Source: Candidatus Doudnabacteria bacterium RIFCSPHIGHO2_12_FULL_48_16
GTDB taxonomy: Bacteria > Patescibacteriota > Doudnabacteria > UBA920 > O2-02-FULL-48-8
Length of the DNA stretch: 64,000 bases
Direction: 5' to 3'
Assembly: GCA_001780035.1 (NCBI GenBank)
Contig: MFEY01000007.1
Span: 198,343-262,342 of the forward strand
Part shown: in pieces, positions 8,251 to 17,269 of the stretch
How positions within the stretch are numbered: position 1 is the stretch's first letter
Layout: every line of letters begins with the position of its first letter
Notes under the pieces: generated by a model
Told to the model about the DNA's origin: nothing
Databases searched by the model: none
What the model saw: only the letters and a program-made list of their open reading frames with translations
Program-made: the position numbers and the translations under genes

Positions 8251-10377
8251 TCAACTGCAGCTATTCGTGATATTCGGATGCATTCGTAGATTAGGATCGC
8301 GATTGAGTCTGATATAAATATACCAAAATATTGACCAAATGACAAAGCCATCCCATAAGGTAAACGGCAGGTCATTGCCGGTGCGCGGCAGGGTCGCGCC
8401 AAGCACCTGGCCGCTAGCACCCAGGCTGGCGATTTTTATCTGATTCAATTCTCCCGGAGTGGCCAGCAGGCTCCAGGCAAATGTCCCGTCCGGTAATAAA
8501 TTATAGGATTGATTTTTGGGCGCATCTTCGTATTCGAGAGATGAAATAATTTGGCCGGCCGGGTCAATAACCGTGATTGTTTCTTTGCCGGAATTATTGA
8601 GGGCCAGATTGCTTTCGGATTTAAGCAGGACATAATAATGTCCCGGCTCAATTATCGGCGAATGAAAAGTATATTTACTCGCCGCATCCGCCACCTGCCA
8701 ACCATGCAGATCCAACGGCTGGCTGCCAGAATTAAACAGCTCAATAAATTCCTGCCCGCTAGTGGAAGGCTCCGGATACAGTTCGCTGATCAAGAGGCCG
8801 GAACTAACCGGCTCTAGCTCTTCGGGTCTTGCCTCATTGACCGCATTCGGCGTGGGGTCAATCCAAATCCATTGGCCGGCAAGGAGCGCATAGCTCTGGC
8901 CCTCTTTGCCCGCTTCAAAAGTGACCGAATCAATTAAGATTTTATTTTCATTAAACAGCCGCACGGTTTCGCTGCCGGTATTATCGAGTGCAAATCTACC
9001 GGCCGGAATCATGATCACGGCCAATCCCCCGGGATATACGATCGGGCTTTGGATCTTGTAAGCGGAAGATCTGATCGCCTGATCGGATGCGCCATCATCC
9101 AAAATCCAGTTGTGCAGATAAACCGGCTCTGACCCGGTGTTTAAGATCTCGACCCATTCTCCCCCGCTGTCGCTGCCGGCCGGATTCGGAAAAATTTCAT
9201 TAAACTTTATTTGCAATTGCGCCGGCGCGGTGACGGGCGGCGCAACTGCGCCGGCGCCAAACTGATTGGCCGCGCCTTTGGTAACAAAGCTCGTCCAGGC
9301 AAAAGATCCGTCGTCCTGCCGAGCGTAAGTTTCATTTTCTTTGGCTGGTTCTTTGTATGCAACCAATCTTAATTCTTGCTTGTCCGGCCACATCAGGCGC
9401 AAAGTGTCGCCGCCCGTATTGTTGAGTGCGAAACTGCCATCCAGCAGATCGATCACCAAAAATGATTTCGCGGCAACCTTGGTTTGGCCGGGAATGACAT
9501 AAGCGGAAGAACCGACGAGACCTGATTGGCCGGCATCATCCAAAATCCAATCGCTTAAGTCAACTTCGGAACTTGAATCATTGTATAATTCCACCCATTC
9601 TTCTCCGCCATCCGGGCCTTCGGGGTTGGGCGCAAATTCCGAAACCACAATGGCGCTGGAATAAAGCGGCGGCGCGGGAGCGGAGGTGCCGCTCGTTTCT
9701 GCCGGAGGAGTTGCCTCGCTGGCAGGCAACCCGTCCGCAGGCGGGTCAGCTGGCGGCGGCTCCGGCGCGAGCGGCAAGGCCGGCGTTGGGGTCGCCGACG
9801 AATTGCGCGGATGGCCGCTGACTTCCATAAAATCCGTGGAATTATTGTTTGTATCTAGGCCATTGCCCGCCTCCCCGCCAGGCAAGCGTTCAAGTGATTG
9901 GTTCGTGCCTGGGTTAGCGGCAAATGCTGACCCTTCGACAAATGCATTGGTGGCCTGGCCCCAGGCCACGCTGTCGATGATGGCCCCGGTATCATTGGCG
10001 CCATTGCGCAGGGCGACCGCATTGTCATCGGCAATGCTGCCGGTGGTGCTAGTGTCCGGCGCGGCTGAAATATCCGTAAAACTTGAATTGGCCCAAAGAT
10101 AAAAGCCGTGCGCTTTGACAATGGTTGAAGCGGTCCAGGATTTGAGCGCTGTGTCGGTCGTACCGGTTTTGGTCCGCTTGACCAGGCGATAACCTTTGAG
10201 GTCAATATCGGATGAAGTCGGATTGTAAATTTCCACGAAGTCGTTGGTCGTTTTGCCGCTGCCGCCGGTAATCTGGATTTGGCTGATGACCAGGTGGTCT
10301 GTGTCGGCGCGAGCCAGAAACGGCAAAAAGATTAAAACCCCTATAATAAAACAGATTTTTCTTGGTATTGGTTTCAT
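8251..10377 (-). CDS. Lamin-tail-domain (LTD) repeat surface protein with C-terminal LPxTG-type sorting signal
   Basis: Signal peptide MKPIPRKICFIIGVLIFLPFLARA. At least three LTD units (EFAPNPEGPDGGEEWVELYN..DLS.W.LDD; NEIFPNPAGSDSGGEWVEILN; SELYPEPSTSGQEFIELFN). Pro-rich linker. C-terminal LPRTG, then hydrophobic stretch, then RLNR. Confidence 0.7.
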   Translation of the reverse strand: MKPIPRKICFIIGVLIFLPFLARADTDHLVISQIQITGGSGKTTNDFVEIYNPTSSDIDLKGYRLVKRTKTGTTDTALKSWTASTIVKAHGFYLWANSSFTDISAAPDTSTTGSIADDNAVALRNGANDTGAIIDSVAWGQATNAFVEGSAFAANPGTNQSLERLPGGEAGNGLDTNNNSTDFMEVSGHPRNSSATPTPALPLAPEPPPADPPADGLPASEATPPAETSGTSAPAPPLYSSAIVVSEFAPNPEGPDGGEEWVELYNDSSSEVDLSDWILDDAGQSGLVGSSAYVIPGQTKVAAKSFLVIDLLDGSFALNNTGGDTLRLMWPDKQELRLVAYKEPAKENETYARQDDGSFAWTSFVTKGAANQFGAGAVAPPVTAPAQLQIKFNEIFPNPAGSDSGGEWVEILNTGSEPVYLHNWILDDGASDQAIRSSAYKIQSPIVYPGGLAVIMIPAGRFALDNTGSETVRLFNENKILIDSVTFEAGKEGQSYALLAGQWIWIDPTPNAVNEARPEELEPVSSGLLISELYPEPSTSGQEFIELFNSGSQPLDLHGWQVADAASKYTFHSPIIEPGHYYVLLKSESNLALNNSGKETITVIDPAGQIISSLEYEDAPKNQSYNLLPDGTFAWSLLATPGELNQIKIASLGASGQVLGATLPRTGNDLPFTLWDGFVIWSIFWYIYIRLNRDPNLRMHPNITNSCS

Positions 10378-10478
10378 GATGCTAATAACTTAGCATAAAA
10401 ATAGGATAATATTAATATATAATGACTTAAATATTAAGGCAAATATATCAACAATGACCGATCGGTCAAATATGATAT

Positions 10479-11024
10479 TTATTGCCAGTTTTCTATTTTA
10501 GCTTTCAAGATCGTGACGTTCTGGGCAATCCTCAATCGGTCGACTAAAATCTGAAATTCTTTAGGCAATAGGACGGGTCCAATCATCACGCTTTTTTGTA
10601 AATTAGTAAATCCGTTATTTAACAAAAATTTTCTCAAAAACCGCCGGTGGCGCCGCTTGTCTTCTGCAATATCAAAAACAATGACCGTGGCAAACCCATC
10701 AGTCCGCGGGGTCTTGTGTTTGGCCGCATGATTTATTAGCTGTTTCAACTCACCATCAATGGTCAATTGATAGTAAACCTTGTCGTCGGTTCGCTTTTTC
10801 GTGATCAATCCACTTTTTTGCAGACGATGTAATGCCGTTGTAATCGCCGGACCATTATACTGACCGCGCAATTTCTGCCGCAACCATTTATGATGATAGG
10901 CTCGACCCATCAGAGCGGCTGAGTAATACTCGTCAAATCCTTGAAAAAACTCCAATAATTTTCTCGGTAAGGACTCAATAGCTTTATTGACAGCTTTTTT
11001 AATTTTTTTACCTTTTTTAACCAT
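10479..11024 (-). CDS. Winged-helix regulator with C-terminal Cas2/PaaX_C-like domain
   Basis: N-terminal wHTH (LHRLQKSGLITKKRTDDKVYYQLTIDGE). C-terminus TVIVFDIAEDKRRHRRFLRKFLLNNGFTNLQKSVMIGPV resembles the Cas2 beta-alpha core (VIVYDI..DKRR..GxRVQxSV). Confidence 0.45.
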   Translation of the reverse strand: MVKKGKKIKKAVNKAIESLPRKLLEFFQGFDEYYSAALMGRAYHHKWLRQKLRGQYNGPAITTALHRLQKSGLITKKRTDDKVYYQLTIDGELKQLINHAAKHKTPRTDGFATVIVFDIAEDKRRHRRFLRKFLLNNGFTNLQKSVMIGPVLLPKEFQILVDRLRIAQNVTILKAKIENWQ

Positions 11025-11103
11025 AATTTTATTATATCATAAAGTGTCGATCGGTCTAAAGTGATATAAATTTAAATTAAACAAATCGGTTTAGATGGCT
11101 CGT

Positions 11104-11568
11104 TTACTCTTTTTTATGGCTTTCTTTTTCCTGTTCTTCCCCGGCTTTTTTGACCTCTTCCGGCAGTTGCTTATACAAAGTGCCCAGCACCCCGTTGACG
11201 AACTTGCCGCTGCTTTCCCCGCCGAAGGTCTTGCCCAGCTCCACCGCCTCGTTGATGGCAACCTTCGGCGGCACCTCATGAGCAAACAAGAGTTCGTAAA
11301 TTCCCAAGCGCAAGATACTACGGTCGATCACCGTAATCTGCTGCAGGGGCCATTCCGGCGCGGTTTTGACGATGATCTGGTCAATTTCCGGGATATGTTT
11401 TTCCACCCCGGCAATCAGATCAAATATAAAAGCGGGATCGTCGAGGCCCGGCGCAAACTGCTTGACATTGTGTTCGGTGATCGCAAGCAGCGAATTTTGC
11501 CGGTCATTGAAATCCCACTCATACAGACTTTGCATCGCGACCGTGCGCGAAAGGTGTCTGTTAGCCAT
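11104..11568 (-). CDS. nusB: Transcription antitermination factor NusB
   Basis: RSILRLGIYELLF...VAINEAVELGKTFGGESSGKFVNGVLG, a classic NusB motif. Confidence 0.9.
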   Translation of the reverse strand: MANRHLSRTVAMQSLYEWDFNDRQNSLLAITEHNVKQFAPGLDDPAFIFDLIAGVEKHIPEIDQIIVKTAPEWPLQQITVIDRSILRLGIYELLFAHEVPPKVAINEAVELGKTFGGESSGKFVNGVLGTLYKQLPEEVKKAGEEQEKESHKKE

Positions 11569-11571
11569 AAT

Positions 11572-11766
11572 TTATTTTTTTACTTTAGCGGTTTTGACCT
11601 TTACCACTTGCCGGCCCTTGTAGAAGCCGCAATTGGAGCAGGCTTCGTGGGGGCGGGACGGGAAATTGCAATTTTTGCAAACAGACAGGTTGGAAGCTTT
11701 GAGATGATCGTGGGAACGTCTCTGGTTTCGTCCGGACCGAGTCTTGTGTTTCTTTGGAACAGCCAT
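11572..11766 (-). CDS. rpmF: 50S ribosomal protein L32
   Basis: MAVPKKHKTRSGRNQRRSH... with a Cys cluster (CKNC...CSNC). Confidence 0.85.
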   Translation of the reverse strand: MAVPKKHKTRSGRNQRRSHDHLKASNLSVCKNCNFPSRPHEACSNCGFYKGRQVVKVKTAKVKK

Positions 11767-12041
11767 GGGATGATTTAGTGATTAGTGATTAGTAGCTATG
11801 AATTTATAACATAAAAATTTGATTTGGTCAACGCCCGATTTAACCTTTATCTGCCTCCGAGCGCCCTTCCCCAACATCTGCCGGCGAACAGGAGATCTGA
11901 CAAGCCTTGCGGCTTTTCAGATTCGCCGGCAGATGACAGGGGGGAACATACGATTGATCGCAGGTTCCCCGAATCGCATCGAGCCTTGCGGCCCTGCGAT
12001 TACTCAATGTCCAAGCACGGACATTTAACCCCCCTTATTGA

Positions 12042-12215
12042 CTAGCTATGCGGATCTGTGTGGGCCTCGAACAATCTGTGCGCGGGACGATCGTGGATCC
12101 AATCATCCGCCTTGTGGCCTTCCAGGAGAAGGACCAGGGCAAAGCCTAAAATCACGACCTCGGTAACCAGAATCCCCAGAACGACCAAGACAACGACGCC
12201 GAAGATCTTGCCCAT
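12042..12215 (-). CDS. Island gene: 57-aa single-TM hydrophobic peptide
   Basis: MGKIFGVVVLVVLGILVTEVVILGFALVLLLEGHKADDWIHDRPAHRLFEAHTDPHS. GGAGG RBS 4 nt upstream. Below the 60-aa track threshold. Confidence 0.5.
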   Translation of the reverse strand: MGKIFGVVVLVVLGILVTEVVILGFALVLLLEGHKADDWIHDRPAHRLFEAHTDPHS

Positions 12216-12236
12216 GCAGCCTCCGTTGAGAAACAG

Positions 12237-12296
12237 CTACCACTCGCGACGGATCGCGAGGCTGACCATTCCGATGAACGCCCCGCCGATCGCCAT
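12237..12296 (-). CDS. Island gene: 19-aa hydrophobic micropeptide (type I toxin-like?)
   Basis: MAIGGAFIGMVSLAIRREW, 21 nt upstream of the 57-aa peptide gene. No clear SD. Confidence 0.25.
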   Translation of the reverse strand: MAIGGAFIGMVSLAIRREW

Positions 12297-12438
12297 GATG
12301 ATCGGCGTCTGAGTGAACGATGCCAGTGGGATTGTAACCCAATACTGCTTGCATTCGCAAGCAATATTCCCACTTCTCCGGGTTTGAAAAAATTTCAAAT
12401 CCAGGGAAGTGGAGAGGAATTGAAAGCGGATATTCTTG

Positions 12439-12664
12439 CTAATCAATTCCTCTGTGGTTTCGCGAGTTATCGCGGACAGCCATCTGCCATCCGCGCCGTT
12501 CCTTGCGACTGCGGGGCTGAGCGGCACCGCCCTCATAGAGGTCGTAGCCGCGCCAGTAGGCTCGCCAGCGCTCGTGGCCGAAGAATTCCCCCCAGGCTTT
12601 CGGGCAGCCGAGCCGATGAAACGGCCACCATCGACGCTGGGGCCGGCAGGCTTCACAGATCATC
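12439..12664 (-). CDS. Island gene: 75-aa Cys/Trp/Arg-rich small protein
   Basis: MICEACRPQRRWWPFHRLGCPKAWGEFFGHERW... Its ATG overlaps the TGA of the upstream membrane gene (ATGA coupling). Confidence 0.4.
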
Positions 12665-13019
12665 GCCAGCTCCGACTTTTGACGGTCAGCCCCAGACCGG
12701 CACGCAGTTGGTTGAGGTAGTATCGCACGGCCGAGCGATACATCCAGCGCGGCCGTTGCATGATCCCCCAGACAATCATGGGGATCAGCACCGGCGCGAG
12801 CAGCAGCTCCACCAATCTGGCCGGTCGGGACCAGTATCGGGAAGCAATCTCGTGCTCGCCCATCCGGACGACGTAGTGGTGAAACGCAATCGCGCCCCAC
12901 ACGCCGAGGCCGATCAACGGCTGTTCGATGGCCAGGTAGTGGAGAATAGCCACCGCGCGGGAGACGACGAGCGAGACGAGCCCACCGATCATGCCGTAAA
13001 GCTCAATCACTGAGTCCAT
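12660..13019 (-). CDS. Island gene: 119-aa three-TM membrane protein
   Basis: MDSVIELYGMIGGLVSLVVSRAVAILHYLAIEQPLIGLGVWGAIAFHHYVV...LLAPVLIPMIVWGIM. AGAAAGAGG RBS. The track ORF 12660..13280 is N-terminally over-extended by Arg-rich translation. Confidence 0.5.
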   Translation of the reverse strand: MDSVIELYGMIGGLVSLVVSRAVAILHYLAIEQPLIGLGVWGAIAFHHYVVRMGEHEIASRYWSRPARLVELLLAPVLIPMIVWGIMQRPRWMYRSAVRYYLNQLRAGLGLTVKSRSWR

Positions 13020-13060
13020 GTATCGCCTCTTTCTTGAATAGCAACATGCCGAATCCCCCT

Positions 13061-13309
13061 TCAGTAATGACGAAATCCGGGCGGCGGCTGGTTGAGCGCC
13101 CTGATAACCCGAAGCAGCACGCGGCAGATCAATATGAGGATGATCAGGTCGTAGACCGCGTAAAGCGCCAGCACGAGGACGGGCACGCCGAGCAGAAAAT
13201 AACCGACGCGCTCGTGGCCGGTCGCGAACGGGATGATCACGATCCCGAGCAGGATCGCGGCGACGAAGCGATACTTCCACGACGGATGAAGTTCAAACTG
13301 CACACGCAT
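13061..13309 (-). CDS. Island gene: 82-aa two-TM membrane protein
   Basis: MRVQFELHPSWKYRFVAAILLGIVIIPFATGHERVGYFLLGVPVLVLALYAVYDLIILILICRVL. ATG 1 nt past the stop of the upstream ORF. Confidence 0.5.
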   Translation of the reverse strand: MRVQFELHPSWKYRFVAAILLGIVIIPFATGHERVGYFLLGVPVLVLALYAVYDLIILILICRVLLRVIRALNQPPPGFRHY

Positions 13310-13496
13310 GGGCCACCTCTTTGAGGAAGTAGTAATCCTTCTGGTTGACCAGGCCGCGCTTCTGGACCTCGGCCAGCCAGACCAGGTAGGTCGGCTACCG
13401 GTCGATGGGCAGCCGGACTTCGATCTCGTCCAGCAACTGCTGGCTCCACGACCCGAGACTGTCGGGCGCGAGCGGCAGATTGCGCCAGGTTGTCAT
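13293..13496 (-). pseudogene. Island gene interrupted by an in-frame TAG (33 aa + 33 aa)
   Basis: MTTWRNLPLAPDSLGSWSQQLLDEIEVRLPIDR-TAG-PTYLVWLAEVQKRGLVNQKDYYFLKEVAHACAV. GTGTGAGGTG RBS context. Coherent peptide on both sides of the amber codon. Confidence 0.35.
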
Positions 13497-13602
13497 ATCT
13501 ATTCACCTCACACAAAAAAAGAACCAACAATTGCAGCCACAATGTAAGGAATTAACCGCGAAAGTTCAAAGACTAAATTCTAGTGTTCTCTTTAACTGTC
13601 GG

Positions 13603-13630
13603 TTAACGCCCTAGCATTCTAGAAACAAAA
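13603..13630. repeat. Island R motif (single copy) TTAACGCCCTAGCATTCTAGAAACAA
   Basis: Matches the TAACGCCCnAGnATTnTnGAAACAA consensus shared with 14256-14282 and 14933-14960. About 108 nt upstream of the next island gene's ATG. Confidence 0.5.
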
Positions 13631-13846
13631 TTTTCAATTTTATATCTTACGTTTCGTTCTTGCGGAACAGGATTCCGATCCTCTGAACTCCATTCATCGC
13701 ACAATGCGATTGAAGTTCAAGGGAAGGGAGGGAGAAGTATTGGCGTACTTGCTCCCGGGGATTTGTTCGGGACTATTTCGCATGAGGACCATGCAACTTG
13801 ATCCACGAAGGAGAGACTTACAAACGGACTCGCCAAAGTCCACTGG

Positions 13847-14146
13847 TTACTCGCACTTGCCGCCTAACTGGTCCTTGGTCATAACGGCAATCTGGCCGCT
13901 CGACGTAGTAAACACGCAGGCGTGACCTCGCTCGGTCACGCGGATGGGATTAGCGATGAACGCCACCAGATGGAATATGATGGCGAAAACGATCACTACG
14001 CACATCAGCTTGAATGCGAAGACGGCGCTATTGATGTCGTTGAGAGTGTTGTTCGCACTCTCGAGAACGTTGGTGTCAGTCACCCACTGCGCGAATTTGG
14101 CAGTGGCTTCATCCACGAGTTCTTTTACCCGCTGACCTGAATACAT
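13847..14146 (-). CDS. Island gene: 99-aa protein with central TM helix
   Basis: MYSGQRVKELVDEATAKFAQWVTDTN...LMCVVIVFAIIFHLVAFIANPI. GTGTGAGGTCAAA-ATG RBS context. Confidence 0.55.
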   Translation of the reverse strand: MYSGQRVKELVDEATAKFAQWVTDTNVLESANNTLNDINSAVFAFKLMCVVIVFAIIFHLVAFIANPIRVTERGHACVFTTSSGQIAVMTKDQLGGKCE

Positions 14147-14203
14147 TTTGACCTCACACTTGCTTAGCTAAGAGTGTTGACGAAACTACGAACTTTTGTT
14201 TTC

Positions 14204-14282
14204 ACGATTCTGGGTGCTAAGTTTAACTTTCAAGGCTGTATAACTGAATTCATCCTTAGTTCTAACTAACGCCCAGGATTGT
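14204..14282. repeat. Island long imperfect palindrome (R-motif pair)
   Basis: TTGTTTTCACGATTCTGGGTGCTAAGTT ... AACTAACGCCCAGGATTGTGGAAACAA: about 24-bp arms with G-T wobbles, 24-nt loop. Confidence 0.55.
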
Positions 14283-14409
14283 GGAAACAATTTCCCTTCC
14301 GAAACTCTCAAGTTCTACTTACTGATTACTATTTACTGCTTACTTGAGTTCTTTGGAAGGGAGAGAGGAACCGGAAGGGATTGGACCTTCACGTTTCCTC
14401 TCAACTTGT

Positions 14410-14706
14410 CTAGCGTTCGTACATGGCGCCGCGGGGCTCTGGCTGACGCCAGAACGGGGTCGCGATGGATCCGGTGCAGACCATCTTCGGCGCGTGCTCC
14501 GCGATCGCCTTGCGCCGCATGTCGGCCGCGAACTCGTGCTCGGTCAGCGGGACGACCGGTCCGGCGATGTGCAGCTTGCGCTGCGCGTGGTGCACAGCCA
14601 CCCTGACCGCCTGGTGGAAGTTGGTCGCGTTCGTGACCTCGATGGTCACGGGCGGCATGCCGGGAAAAAGAGCCGAGGCGACGGGCAGTGCGAGTGTCAT
14701 GTTCAT
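14410..14706 (-). CDS. Island gene: 98-aa hypothetical protein
   Basis: MNMTLALPVASALFPGMPPVTIEVTNATNFHQAVRVAVHHAQ... GTGTGGAGGAC RBS context 8 nt upstream. The track ORF 14410..14724 starts slightly earlier. Confidence 0.5.
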   Translation of the reverse strand: MNMTLALPVASALFPGMPPVTIEVTNATNFHQAVRVAVHHAQRKLHIAGPVVPLTEHEFAADMRRKAIAEHAPKMVCTGSIATPFWRQPEPRGAMYER

Positions 14707-14870
14707 GTACTCTGTCCTCCACACGAGTTACCGAGTTTATTTTATTTGATCCAGCTGAGTGTCAGCCGGCACTGTTCGATACGAATCCTTTTTGCCCTTG
14801 AGACTTTCTTCGTGACAGTCTTTCGGGGCTTGTGCGTGTTTCTCTCATCTTGCACCCCTTTTGTTTTCAA

Positions 14871-14960
14871 AATTCTGGGGACTTATCTGATTGCTAGAGG
14901 GCAAATATATAATTTCCCTGCTAAATCGAGATAACCCTCCCAGAATCCTGGAAACAACCC
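14871..14960. repeat. Island long imperfect palindrome (R-motif pair)
   Basis: TTGTTTTCAAAATTCTGGGGACTTATC ... GATAACCCTCCCAGAATCCTGGAAACAA: about 25-bp arms, 36-nt loop. Confidence 0.55.
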
Positions 14961-15169
14961 CGACGCTTTGGTCAGGATAATTTCGCTCTTGCGAAATTAA
15001 AAAAGGTCCTTGCAGGACCAAAATGCGCTGATGCTTATTCGGTCCTGAACGAATAAGCACGACTATTCATTTTTAAAACAACATATAAGTATAGTCCGAT
15101 TTGGGGGGCTTGTCAAGAGATAAGGGTAGATAAGGGCTAGAGTTAGCCAAAAAGTGGTTAGTGGGCAGT

Positions 15170-15240
15170 GTTTAGTGGCTAGTTTAAAGCCCGGGAATTC
15201 CCGGGCTTTCTAATCACTAACCACTATTCACTAATCACTC
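15170..15240 (-). terminator. groEL terminator: AAAGCCCGGGAATTCCCGGGCTTT hairpin inside a ~30-nt imperfect inverted repeat (TTAGTGG / CCACTAA repeats)
   Basis: Perfect GC hairpin immediately after the groEL stop, flanked by AGTGGTTAGTGGGCAGTGTTTAGTGG and its imperfect complement. Confidence 0.5.
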
Positions 15241-17188
<1,948 letters not shown>

Positions 17189-17269
17189 ATTGCTTCTCCT
17201 TTGTTTAAATTGCTTAAAAAAATGCCCGGATGGACATTTTGTTTTTTTACTGCACTTTATTATAAAACT

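Noticed and set aside
12384-13013. Long plus-strand ORFs (209 aa and others) rich in Arg/Pro/Gly across the GC-rich island
   Set aside because: Low-complexity Arg-rich translations are typical of out-of-frame reading of GC-rich DNA. The minus-strand genes have RBSs, ATGA coupling, and hydrophobic helices.
11800-15060. Calling the island a bona fide integron
   Set aside because: No intI integrase and no attI. The palindromes' outer boxes (TTGTTTC/GAAACAA) do not match attC R''/R' (RYYYAAC/GTTRRRY). Kept only as an analogy.
11776-15240. CTAATCACTAA-type inverted repeats as flanking terminal repeats of the island
   Set aside because: The left copy is in the rpmF 5' leader and the right copies are arms of the groEL terminator stem. 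They are low-complexity (TTAGTG repeats) and more simply explained as local terminator/leader structure.
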